Positions 38,854 to 48,327 of a DNA stretch of 64,000 bases are shown here, one piece after another. Below the pieces are notes generated by a model that was not told where the DNA came from, did no database searches, and was given only the letters and a program-made list of their open reading frames with translations. The stretch is from a virus (lineage: Duplodnaviria > Caudoviricetes). How positions within the stretch are numbered: the stretch's first letter is position 1; each line of letters starts with the position of its first letter. The translations under genes and the position numbers were made by a program. The stretch is from positions 11,191-75,190 of the IMG/VR virus record IMGVR_UViG_3300003316_000244; one strand, written 5' to 3'.

Positions 38854-39568
38854 TGTTTATAAAAGACCTTATACTTTAGAGCATCAAATTAATGCAATAA
38901 AAAATCAAAATATAAATATTCCAGATGAAAATATTTGGATTTGGTATAATAAAAGTGATGTTCCACAACCATTACCAAACAATAGTAAACATTTTACATT
39001 TCAATGTAATTGGAATAGTAAATTTCATGGAAGATTTACTGCAGCATTGCTTGCTAAAACAGAATATGTTATTTTTTTAGATGATGACATTATACCCGGA
39101 AAAAAATCTTTTGAAAATGCTATTTATTGGACTAATAAAATGAATGGAATTATGGGTGGTAGTGGTGTATTATTAAATGGATATGGATATAGACCACATG
39201 AAAAATTTGGTTGGACAGGAGTTCATCCTAATGAACCAGTTAGAGTTGATTTATGTGGACATTTTTGGTGCATTAAACAAGAGTGGGCTAAATATATGTG
39301 GTATGAACCAGTATATAGTTTTGAAAATGGTGAAGATATTGCTTTTTCATTTTTATGTCAAAAATATGGTGGGATAAATACTTTTGCTTTTCCACATCCT
39401 GAAAATGATATTGATATGTGGTCAAATCATCCATCAAGAGATAATGGATGGGGTAATGATAAAAATGCATCATTTATAATTAAACCGAATCATTATACGT
39501 TAAGAGATAATATTTGTCAATATTATATTGATAAAGGATGGAAAACTGTTAAAAATTTAAAAAAATAA
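38834..39568 (+). CDS. GT-A fold glycosyltransferase
   Basis: VILNVYKRP, YVIFLDDDIIPG, GEDIAFS. Confidence 0.75.
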   Translation: MVTVILNVYKRPYTLEHQINAIKNQNINIPDENIWIWYNKSDVPQPLPNNSKHFTFQCNWNSKFHGRFTAALLAKTEYVIFLDDDIIPGKKSFENAIYWTNKMNGIMGGSGVLLNGYGYRPHEKFGWTGVHPNEPVRVDLCGHFWCIKQEWAKYMWYEPVYSFENGEDIAFSFLCQKYGGINTFAFPHPENDIDMWSNHPSRDNGWGNDKNASFIIKPNHYTLRDNICQYYIDKGWKTVKNLKK

Positions 39569-40227
39569 TGGAAGAAAAGTATGTATCAAGATTTTTTGAT
39601 GAAATAGATAATAATAAACAAAAGTTTTATTATGAAATGCCAATAGAATGGTGGAGTAGAATATATGAATACCATTGGGCAAGTGAATTTGTAGAAAAAA
39701 ATGATATATGTTTAGATGCGGCATGTGGTGTATCACATCCTTTTAAATTTTGGTTAACTGATAATGCTAATAAAGTTTATGCAAATGATTTTGATAAAAG
39801 ATTAATAAATATTGAGGAAGTTAAACGTGAATTGGAAGATATCGTTGGTGTTAAATGGTTTAATGAAATTGAAAATGCCTATAAAAAAATAGAGTTTAAT
39901 ACTGATAATTTAACTAAATTAAGTTATTCTGATAAACAATTTAATAAAACATTTTGTATTTCAGTTTTAGAACATATTGATAAATATCTCACATTAGATA
40001 ATTATAAAACAAGTAATTTATATAAAGCAATTACTGAATTAAATCGTGTAACTAAGGATGATGGTTTATTAATATTTACTTTTGATTATCCACACATTAA
40101 CCTTACTGTGTTTAATCAAATAATTAAAGATTTAAATTTAAATTATTTTGATTATAAAGATAATTTATCTGAAAAAAATGTTACTAAAAATAATTTGAAA
40201 TGTTTTAGAGCAGTATTAAAAAAATGA
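39568..40227 (+). CDS. Class I SAM-dependent methyltransferase
   Basis: CLDAACG, FCISVLEHI, RVTKDDGLLIFTFD. Confidence 0.8.
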   Translation: MEEKYVSRFFDEIDNNKQKFYYEMPIEWWSRIYEYHWASEFVEKNDICLDAACGVSHPFKFWLTDNANKVYANDFDKRLINIEEVKRELEDIVGVKWFNEIENAYKKIEFNTDNLTKLSYSDKQFNKTFCISVLEHIDKYLTLDNYKTSNLYKAITELNRVTKDDGLLIFTFDYPHINLTVFNQIIKDLNLNYFDYKDNLSEKNVTKNNLKCFRAVLKK

Positions 40228-40952
40228 AAACATTTAAAGGTGACTTTGATTATTTTTTAAATAAAGTTAAAAATAATGAACATTTTTCATTATCAAGATG
40301 GGGTGATGGTGAATTAATGATTCTTGAAAATAAATTTATTGATATTATTTCTAAAGGTGATGGTGAATTTAAACATGATCCAAATAGTAAATCTCATCTT
40401 GCTATGAGAGATATTTTAATGAAATCATATACCCATAAAGATGATAATTATTATATTGGAATTGCTTGTCATTGTTGTGTTGGTAGAGAAAAGTTTGAAT
40501 ATATGAAAAACTTGTCCAATCAAAATGAAAATAATTTAACTTGGGCAAATATTTTTGTTAATTCTAATTATAAATATTTTTTAGATGAATTTTTACCAAC
40601 ATTAAAAAATAAAAAAACAATTCTTGTAGCCAATCAAGTTGGTTATAAAAATTATAAATCTCTTCCATTTAATGTTGATAAATATATACCAATAGAAGCA
40701 GATGCTTGGGTTAAAAATTATAATATTTCAGATTTTTTAAAAAATGAAATAACTAACAATAATATGAAGGATTATATATTTTTATTTGCTGCTGGTCCAT
40801 TTGCAAACATATTAACATATGAATTATGGGTTCATGATAAAAATAATACCTATATTGATATAGGATCAACTTTAGATAAAATGTTAGGATTGCAAGTAAC
40901 TAGAAGATATCTACGTGGAGCAGATACCTTAAATAAGGTTTGTTTGTGGTAA
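40224..40952 (+). CDS. GT-D fold (DUF1792-like) glycosyltransferase
   Basis: FSLSRWGDGE, FAAGPFANIL, YIDIGS. Confidence 0.6.
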   Translation: MKTFKGDFDYFLNKVKNNEHFSLSRWGDGELMILENKFIDIISKGDGEFKHDPNSKSHLAMRDILMKSYTHKDDNYYIGIACHCCVGREKFEYMKNLSNQNENNLTWANIFVNSNYKYFLDEFLPTLKNKKTILVANQVGYKNYKSLPFNVDKYIPIEADAWVKNYNISDFLKNEITNNNMKDYIFLFAAGPFANILTYELWVHDKNNTYIDIGSTLDKMLGLQVTRRYLRGADTLNKVCLW

Positions 40953-40962
40953 ATTAAAAAAG

Positions 40963-41601
40963 ATGATAAATATTGAAGATTATAAAAACGAAGGATGGGG
41001 ACTTTCAAAAATCGGTTTTGAAAAAATATATGAAGGTCTTATGAATCATGAATGTGATGATTTAAATGTTGTAGAATTTGGTTCTGGAACATCAACTAAA
41101 TTTTTTCTTGATATTAATGAAAAAACAAATAAAAAAATAAATATATTCTCATTTGACAATGATCCAAATTTTTCATTTAAACCAGATAAAACATATGATA
41201 ATTTAAAATTAAATATTATTGATTTGGTTGATTTTTCTGATGATCATTTTAATAAAATGTTCATAAATAAAGAGTATTTTCCTCAATTTGCAAATCTTAA
41301 AAATACACCAGTTCATACTAGACAACGAAATACTTTTTATAATGTCAGAAATTTACAATTACCTGAACAAATTGATTATTTATTACTTGACGGCCCACAT
41401 GGTAATGGTAGAAGTATTGGATTTTTACATACATATAAAAAATTAAATTCAAAAAGTCTGATTTTTATTGATGATCATACACATTATCCATTTTTAGATG
41501 ATTTAAAAAAGCTAATAGATATTGAAATTCTATTTGAAAATAGATCATCTACCGGAAAATGGGAAAATGGAGGTAATTTTATTATTGTAAAATTAAAATA
41601 A
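40963..41601 (+). CDS. Class I SAM-dependent methyltransferase
   Basis: VVEFGSGTST, IDYLLLDGPHG, IFIDD. Confidence 0.75.
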   Translation: MINIEDYKNEGWGLSKIGFEKIYEGLMNHECDDLNVVEFGSGTSTKFFLDINEKTNKKINIFSFDNDPNFSFKPDKTYDNLKLNIIDLVDFSDDHFNKMFINKEYFPQFANLKNTPVHTRQRNTFYNVRNLQLPEQIDYLLLDGPHGNGRSIGFLHTYKKLNSKSLIFIDDHTHYPFLDDLKKLIDIEILFENRSSTGKWENGGNFIIVKLK

Positions 41602-42179
41602 TGTCGTTTGAAAAGGATTATTGGGAATTAAGATATAAAGGAGATGGAACTTCTGGTGTAGGTTCTTATGGTCAGTATTTTAAATTTAAATCAACAATCC
41701 TGAATCAATTTATTTTAGATAAAAATATAAAAAATATTTTTGATTATGGTTGTGGTGATTGTAATCAATTAGCAGGATTAAATTTAAATAATGTAATATA
41801 TTATGGTTCTGATATCTCAGATTTTATAATTGAGAAGCATAAAAAAATATATGAAGGTAGTAATTTTAATTTCATTTATGATAACGAAATCGACAACCAA
41901 GGAAAATTTGAGTTAGTACTTTCATTAGATGTTATATATCATATAGTAACTGATGAAAATTATTATCAATATATTAAAAATATAAAAAAATTAAGTGATA
42001 AATATATAATTATATATTCATCAAATGATGATAGTATTGAAAGTTTAGTTCATCATGTAAAACACAGATCATTTTTAAATGATATTCTTGATGGTGGTGA
42101 ATTTGAACTAATAAACATAATTAGAAATATCCATGATGTTTCTGCTGATTTTTATTTCTTTAAAAGAGTATGTTATTAA
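41601..42179 (+). CDS. Class I SAM-dependent methyltransferase
   Basis: IFDYGCGD, YYGSDIS, LSLDVIYHI. Confidence 0.8.
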   Translation: MSFEKDYWELRYKGDGTSGVGSYGQYFKFKSTILNQFILDKNIKNIFDYGCGDCNQLAGLNLNNVIYYGSDISDFIIEKHKKIYEGSNFNFIYDNEIDNQGKFELVLSLDVIYHIVTDENYYQYIKNIKKLSDKYIIIYSSNDDSIESLVHHVKHRSFLNDILDGGEFELINIIRNIHDVSADFYFFKRVCY

Positions 42180-43189
42180 TTTGCTATGGTACAAGACCAG
42201 AATTCATTAAATCAAAACCAATTATTGATGAATTAATAAAAAGAAAATTACCATTTAAAACATTATTTACTGGCCAACATGATATGTTGAAAAATATAAA
42301 AAGTGATTATGTTTTGGAAATTTTGGATAATTCAAATATTGATAGATTAAGCAATGTTACAAGTAATTGTGTTAATGGAATTTCAACTATCTTAAAAGAG
42401 GATAAAGAAATAAAATATGTAATGGTTCAAGGAGATACAACCTCTGCAGCAGCCATTGCTTGGGGTGCTTTAAATAATAATATTAAAATTATACATCTTG
42501 AAGCAGGTTTAAGAAGTTTTGATAAAAAAAATCCTTTTCCTGAAGAAAATAATAGATTATTAATAAGTGACATGGCAACCATCCACCTATGTCCAACTAC
42601 TTTAAATAAAGATAATTTAAATAAAGAAAATATATTTGATAATATTTTTGTTGTAGGAAATACTGGACTCGATCCACTACTTTCAATGAAAAATGAAATA
42701 AAATATGAAAATAAAGTATTAGTAACATTACATAGACGTGAAAACCATGAAATTATGAATCACTGGTTTGAAGTTTTAAATATGATAGCCAAAAACAATC
42801 CAAATTTGGAATTTGTATTACCAATACACCCTAATCCAAATGTTTTAAAACATAAAAATTTATTAACAAATATTAAAGTAATTGATCCAATTCCGCATTC
42901 TGATTTAGTTAAATTTATTACTGAATGCAAATTGGTTATAAGTGATTCGGGTTCAATTCAGGAAGAATGTTCATTTTTAAATAAAAAAATAATTGTTTGT
43001 AGAAAAACAACAGAAAGACCTGAATCTATTGGTATGACATCATTTTTATGTGAAAAACCAGAAAATTTAAAAGAAATTTTTGATTTTCATATTGAAAAAT
43101 ACATTGTTTCTGAAAATATTTGCCCATTTGGTGATGGAAAATCTTCAATTAAAATTGTAGATATATTAGAAAATATAATATATTTGTAA
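42170..43189 (+). CDS. wecB: UDP-N-acetylglucosamine 2-epimerase (non-hydrolysing)
   Basis: YGTRPEFIK, TGQH, VQGDTT, HLEAGLRS, PFPEENNR, TLHRREN, SDSGSIQEE, PFGDG. Confidence 0.93.
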   Translation: MLLICYGTRPEFIKSKPIIDELIKRKLPFKTLFTGQHDMLKNIKSDYVLEILDNSNIDRLSNVTSNCVNGISTILKEDKEIKYVMVQGDTTSAAAIAWGALNNNIKIIHLEAGLRSFDKKNPFPEENNRLLISDMATIHLCPTTLNKDNLNKENIFDNIFVVGNTGLDPLLSMKNEIKYENKVLVTLHRRENHEIMNHWFEVLNMIAKNNPNLEFVLPIHPNPNVLKHKNLLTNIKVIDPIPHSDLVKFITECKLVISDSGSIQEECSFLNKKIIVCRKTTERPESIGMTSFLCEKPENLKEIFDFHIEKYIVSENICPFGDGKSSIKIVDILENIIYL

Positions 43190-43191
43190 TA

Positions 43192-43416
43192 ATGGATAAC
43201 ATTGGTACAAAAGTTAATATTGGATTTTGCAAATCTATTGGTTTAAAAAACCAACATTTTCCCGTAAAAAAAAGATTAAATTTTAAGATTATATTTTATT
43301 TTAATAATCAAATTATCTATAGAAATGATGTTATTTCATTTATAAGAATTAATTTTAAAGATTTATATCTTAATCACCATTTTACAATTGATAAATCATT
43401 TTATTCTAAAAAATGA
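43192..43416 (+). CDS. Small hypothetical protein
   Basis: Preceded by TTG-N21-TATATTTG (43155-43186) host-type promoter. Confidence 0.45.
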   Translation: MDNIGTKVNIGFCKSIGLKNQHFPVKKRLNFKIIFYFNNQIIYRNDVISFIRINFKDLYLNHHFTIDKSFYSKK

Positions 43417-44054
43417 AATTAGGTAATATAATATATAATGGTGATTTAATTAATCACGAAATGGTTGATTATATCAATTATTATAGAGTTGAACTTAATA
43501 ATATTGATGCTATATTAGTTAATTTAAATAAACTTCCTACATTGATAGTAGGTTATTCATTATTTAAGAAACTTTTTATTGATAAGTTTCCAGACCAATC
43601 AATTTTAGATAAAAAAGTTATACCTAATAAATTATATTGGGAATTTTCATTTGCTGAAAATAAAAAACAAAATTTAGAAGGAATTGAATTCTTTGTTAAT
43701 GAAAATTTAGTTAAATATTATTTTTTTGATTTTACCTATAAAAATATTGATCCATTATTCGATAATTTAAAAATAAATGATGATTTATTTAAAATTTTTA
43801 TAAAACCTATAGAATATGTCTATATAGAAAAAAGAATGATATATGTTATATCAAATAACATTATTCATGGAATAGATAAAGAAACTTTTACTTTTTTTAA
43901 TTTTAATGTAAAAAATATTATAGATTTTTTAATTGAAAAATCATTAAAATGGACAAATGATGAAGATAATAAAATATATGAATCATATTATAAACAATTT
44001 CCAGAATTTGATTTATTGAAGAGATATATTCCTCTTTTTGAAATGATTAAGTAG
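43413..44054 (+). CDS. Hypothetical protein
   Basis: 213-aa ORF, coupled to previous gene. Confidence 0.6.
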   Translation: MKLGNIIYNGDLINHEMVDYINYYRVELNNIDAILVNLNKLPTLIVGYSLFKKLFIDKFPDQSILDKKVIPNKLYWEFSFAENKKQNLEGIEFFVNENLVKYYFFDFTYKNIDPLFDNLKINDDLFKIFIKPIEYVYIEKRMIYVISNNIIHGIDKETFTFFNFNVKNIIDFLIEKSLKWTNDEDNKIYESYYKQFPEFDLLKRYIPLFEMIK

Positions 44055-44095
44055 TTTTTTGGATGTTCCAGTATTTATAATAAATTATTAAAATT

Positions 44096-44284
44096 ATGGA
44101 AAATATTGATGCCCTAAATTCATTTTTGAATGATGAAACAAAATCTAAAAATGATAAATTTGAGGTAACAAAATCACAACCAGAGACTAAAAAAGTTATT
44201 TCAAAAAAAGATGGTTTAGTTGAAAGAGTTGATAAGATTTATGTAACTAACGATGGAAGACAATTATTAAGAGAAGTATATTAA
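44096..44284 (+). CDS. Small hypothetical protein, late-motif preceded
   Basis: AGTATTTAT at 44070-44078. Confidence 0.6.
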   Translation: MENIDALNSFLNDETKSKNDKFEVTKSQPETKKVISKKDGLVERVDKIYVTNDGRQLLREVY

Positions 44285-44296
44285 TTATTTAAATTA

Positions 44297-44995
44297 ATGT
44301 CTAGAGAAATAGATTTTTTAAAAAAATTTAAAAAGTTATCCTCAATGAATGAGGCAAATATCACAAAAATAAGTGATACTGATGATACTTTACCGCATCA
44401 ACATCTAGGATTGTCAGAAGAAGATGCTAATAAAGATCAAAATATTCCAAATCCAAACAGTGGAAGTACTACTGGCACAACTGGATCAACAAGCGGATCA
44501 ACTTTATCTGCAGTACCTCCTTCAGTAACTTCACCAGAATCAGAATTTGATCAAAATACATTAGGATCAGTAAAAAATACTAATTTAATAGACGATACTA
44601 AAGAAAAAGAAGAGGATATTCAAAACGAGTTATTAAAACTTCAAGTTTCAGCAATGAAAAAAATGTCTGATAAAATTTCAGAATTAGAAGAAATTATTGG
44701 ACAAATGAATATTTCAATGAATAATTTGAAATCTGAAGTTAATAAAGTAAAAGACCCATCACCAATGGAAAAACTAGAAAATAAATGGAAAGATAGTTAT
44801 CCATTTAAATATACTCTTGGTGACATATGGGATGGAAATGTTTTTCAAGGTAGAAAAGATTTGTTTGATGATTCATCTGTAATAAAAAATGATAGTGTAA
44901 TTAAACAGACACCAGATGGATCGTTTGAAGCCAAGTTTGATGAAATGCCAAAAATAAGTGATTTTGAATTAAAAAAATCCTTTGAAGTATATTAA
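44297..44995 (+). CDS. Hypothetical protein with Ser/Thr/Gly-rich linker and coiled coil, probably virion-associated
   Basis: SGSTTGTTGSTSGST; heptad region. Confidence 0.55.
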   Translation: MSREIDFLKKFKKLSSMNEANITKISDTDDTLPHQHLGLSEEDANKDQNIPNPNSGSTTGTTGSTSGSTLSAVPPSVTSPESEFDQNTLGSVKNTNLIDDTKEKEEDIQNELLKLQVSAMKKMSDKISELEEIIGQMNISMNNLKSEVNKVKDPSPMEKLENKWKDSYPFKYTLGDIWDGNVFQGRKDLFDDSSVIKNDSVIKQTPDGSFEAKFDEMPKISDFELKKSFEVY

Positions 44996-45000
44996 TTAAT

Positions 45001-45501
45001 ATGAAAGTTTTCAATAAAGCTGGTAGTAAAAAAAGATTATTTGAAATGATGGCAGTTATTAATAAAACTCCCATTAATGAAAAGTTTTTAACCAAAGAAG
45101 AATTGGGTGAAATTGCTTCATTATATAAAGCAAAAAAACAAACTGAAGATTTAACACACGATCAAGAACCAGATTTAAATGATACTCCTTTAAATCAATC
45201 AAATAATGATGAAAATAAAAATTTTGATTTATTAAAAACTTCTATTATAAAAGATTTTAATCCAGAAATTATTCATGATGATGATCATGAATTTCAGATT
45301 AGAATACCAAAGGATAATAATTATAGATTATATAAAATTGTTAAATTTTATATAAAAAATGATGAAAATGCACCATTATATGGTATCTATAAATATGATG
45401 ATAGTTTTGATGGTTATGATCTATTACATGATGAAATTGGAAGTAGAGCACTAGATTCTGAACAAATACCATTAATAATTTCACAAGATTTGAAAAAATA
45501 A
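45001..45501 (+). CDS. Hypothetical protein
   Basis: 166-aa ORF in late-type operon. Confidence 0.55.
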   Translation: MKVFNKAGSKKRLFEMMAVINKTPINEKFLTKEELGEIASLYKAKKQTEDLTHDQEPDLNDTPLNQSNNDENKNFDLLKTSIIKDFNPEIIHDDDHEFQIRIPKDNNYRLYKIVKFYIKNDENAPLYGIYKYDDSFDGYDLLHDEIGSRALDSEQIPLIISQDLKK

Positions 45502-45522
45502 ATCATATAATTTTATTTTAAG

Positions 45523-45572
45523 GTTATCCCTGCATGCCTCTGATTCAAGCACACTTTGCAGGGCTTTTTTTT
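45523..45572 (+). terminator. GC-rich hairpin with 22-nt loop followed by a T8 tract
   Basis: CCCTGCA (45528-34)/TGCAGGG (45557-63), then C-T8. Confidence 0.6.
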
Positions 45573-45609
45573 GTTATCATATAAAAGTATTTATCATAAA
45601 ACATAAAAA

Positions 45610-47028
45610 ATGTCAGTATATAGATCATATTTTAGTAAATCAAATACTTTAATTAAAAATAATGAAACAAATAATGGAAGAAATCCTGTTACTGAAATTT
45701 TTTATGGTACACCAGAAGCAGTTTTTAGTAGATATTTGTTTGCCATAAATCTAAATGATTTAATTAAAAAAATTAATGATGAAAATCTTACTATTAACAA
45801 TATTAAATCACATACTCTTTATATTACCAATACAATTGTAACAAGACCTGATTTAGTTGGTGGAACTATGCAAGATATGGTTACAAGAAGAGCAAGTAGC
45901 TTTCAATTGGAATTATTCACAATCCCCCAAGATTGGGATGAAGGAAATGGTTATGATTTTATATATGATGAAACTTTAACATTTCCTGTTGTTAAATCAG
46001 CTAGTAATTGGAAAGAAAGAAAAACCAATATTCTTTGGGATGTTGAAGGAGCTTATGAAAGTGGTTTAACTGGAACAAGTGGATTTACTGGAAGTACAAT
46101 AATTGCAATACAAGAATTTGATAATGGTAATGAAAATATTAAGATTGATCTAACAGATTTTATTAATGAAGAAATTTTTAGTGGAAATACTGTTTATGGG
46201 TTAGGTTTAAAATTACCAAACGATCTTGAAGAATTAGCATTAGATGATAGAAGAAGTGTTGGATTTTTTACAAGACATACTAATACTTTTTTTGAACCAT
46301 ATCTTGAAACAATATTTGATGATATAATTATTGACGATAGAAAATTCTTTTATTTAGATAAAGAAAATGATTTGTTTTTATATTCTAAAAAAGGAAATCA
46401 TTATGATGATGTTATAGTTAATTCTGTAACTATATATGATTATGAAGATAATAAAATAGGAACATTAACAGGAAATTCAATTAATAAAATAAAAACAGGA
46501 ATATATAAGATAACATTAACAATTGATTCTGATTTATATCCTGATGCTGTTTTATTTAGAGATGTATGGAATATTACAACCTCTGCTGGTAAAACTAAAG
46601 ATATTGAACAAGAATTTTATTTAATTGATAGTGATGAATATTTTAGTTTTAGTAAAAAAAATAGAATAAATCCTTCAAATTTTACTTTCAATTATGTCGG
46701 AATTAAAAATAATGAAGTATTTATTCGTGGTGATGTTCGAAATGTTCTTTTAAATGTTAAACAATTATATTCTAGTGATGAACAACCACTAGATTTAGAA
46801 TATAGAATATTTGTTAAACAAGGTGGTCATGTTGATATTAATGTAATTGATTTTACAAAAGTTAATAGAACAATAAATGGCTACGAGTTTGATATTGACA
46901 CAACATGGTTAATTCCAAATGAGTATTTTTTAGAATTGAAATTGAATTATAATGGTGTTTTTGAAGTAAAAAATCCAATCAAATTCAGAGTTCAGTCAGA
47001 AAGTAGATTTTTTGGTATAACTGATTGA
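45610..47028 (+). CDS. Putative virion structural protein (472 aa, beta-rich)
   Basis: AGTATTTAT at 45586-94; SGLTGTSGFTGST segment as in other structural genes. Confidence 0.55.
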   Translation: MSVYRSYFSKSNTLIKNNETNNGRNPVTEIFYGTPEAVFSRYLFAINLNDLIKKINDENLTINNIKSHTLYITNTIVTRPDLVGGTMQDMVTRRASSFQLELFTIPQDWDEGNGYDFIYDETLTFPVVKSASNWKERKTNILWDVEGAYESGLTGTSGFTGSTIIAIQEFDNGNENIKIDLTDFINEEIFSGNTVYGLGLKLPNDLEELALDDRRSVGFFTRHTNTFFEPYLETIFDDIIIDDRKFFYLDKENDLFLYSKKGNHYDDVIVNSVTIYDYEDNKIGTLTGNSINKIKTGIYKITLTIDSDLYPDAVLFRDVWNITTSAGKTKDIEQEFYLIDSDEYFSFSKKNRINPSNFTFNYVGIKNNEVFIRGDVRNVLLNVKQLYSSDEQPLDLEYRIFVKQGGHVDINVIDFTKVNRTINGYEFDIDTTWLIPNEYFLELKLNYNGVFEVKNPIKFRVQSESRFFGITD

Positions 47029-47147
47029 AATTTAATGATTTATGATAATTTTATTTAAAAAATTGATTTTTAATTAAAATTTACTTTATTTTGTGATGTT
47101 TTAAAAATGTAAAATTTATTATTAATGTATATTTAATTTAATGTATT

Positions 47148-48239
47148 ATGGAACAAAATGTAGACCAAAGCTTGTCTGATCTCTTCAATCAGTACAAAAA
47201 AAGCCACGAAACAACAAGAAGAATGTCTAGAGAAGACATGATGAAACAGTACTTCGTACCAAGAAATGCCTCAGAAGTATTTAGAATCCTCCCAAAACAT
47301 GACGGACAAGGTTATTTTGAAGAAGCCTATTTTCATTATCTAAAAGTAGGTAATGCTTGGAGAAAATTATATTGTCCTAAGCACAATGATAAGGAAGATT
47401 GTCATCTTTGTAATTTAGCTGATAAACTTTACAAAATGCAGGATAAAACTGTTTTTGAAAAAGTTAAGGGTAAAAAAGATGATGAATTATCTCCAGAATT
47501 GAAAAAAGCCAAAGATAAGAATTCAAAAATTTACGAAGAATATAAAAAATGGGCAGTTATCAAATTTTATATTTCTAAAGGACTTGATAAAGGTTCTCTT
47601 AAAGATGGAGTTAAATTTTGGAGATTTAAACATAATAAACTTCAAAAAGGTGTTCTTGACAAATTAATTCCAGTCATCAGTCATTTTAATAAAACAACTG
47701 GTAAAAACTTTAGTGATCCACAATTGGGTTGTGATTTTTCATTAACTGTTTCTGAAAACAGAATGGCAAATGGTAAAGCATATAAAGAAGTATCATCCAT
47801 ACTTCCCGATGGTCCTAAAATTCTTACTGATGATCAAGTGCTATATAAAGCTGCTTTAGATGATAGAAAAACATGGAGAGATGTTTATAAAAAAAGTAAT
47901 CCACCATTGATAACTTATGATGAATATCTTAAATTAATTACTTTAGGTAAAGCACCATATTTTGATAATAAAGACCCTAATAATAAAAGATGGATTTATC
48001 CTGATAATCCAGAATTAGAAGCTAAAGCAAATACTAAAAATAATTCTCAAAATAATGATGATATTAATGATCAAGATTTTGATGAAGATACTTTATCAAG
48101 TGGAAGTGCAAGCGATTATTTACAATCATCACCTGCACCAGCAGTACCAACATCAGCACCTATTAATGTAAGTACTTCAAAACCTTCTGAAGAAGTTTTT
48201 GATCCACTTAAAAGTGCTATTGATGATCTTCCCTTTTAA
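47148..48239 (+). CDS. Single-stranded DNA-binding protein (T4 gp32-like)
   Basis: FRILP..FHY..LYCP..CHLC zinc site; acidic/Pro-rich tail ending DDLPF. Confidence 0.85.
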   Translation: MEQNVDQSLSDLFNQYKKSHETTRRMSREDMMKQYFVPRNASEVFRILPKHDGQGYFEEAYFHYLKVGNAWRKLYCPKHNDKEDCHLCNLADKLYKMQDKTVFEKVKGKKDDELSPELKKAKDKNSKIYEEYKKWAVIKFYISKGLDKGSLKDGVKFWRFKHNKLQKGVLDKLIPVISHFNKTTGKNFSDPQLGCDFSLTVSENRMANGKAYKEVSSILPDGPKILTDDQVLYKAALDDRKTWRDVYKKSNPPLITYDEYLKLITLGKAPYFDNKDPNNKRWIYPDNPELEAKANTKNNSQNNDDINDQDFDEDTLSSGSASDYLQSSPAPAVPTSAPINVSTSKPSEEVFDPLKSAIDDLPF

Positions 48240-48266
48240 GATCAATTATTTATTTTTTAAATTAAA

Positions 48267-48299
48267 AATGTGTGAAGAATGAATTTTTCTTCACACATT
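48267..48299. repeat. Perfect 13-bp inverted repeat between SSB and recA-like genes
   Basis: AATGTGTGAAGAA-N7-TTCTTCACACATT. Confidence 0.85.
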
Positions 48300-48327
48300 C
48301 ATAACTATTATTTATTAAAATTTTTAT

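Noticed and set aside
45535-45565. SAM-II riboswitch (CTGATT..AA…TTGCA resemblance)
   Set aside because: The 3' pseudoknot strand (AAAUG..GCUAAA-like) is missing, replaced by a T tract; the downstream gene is structural
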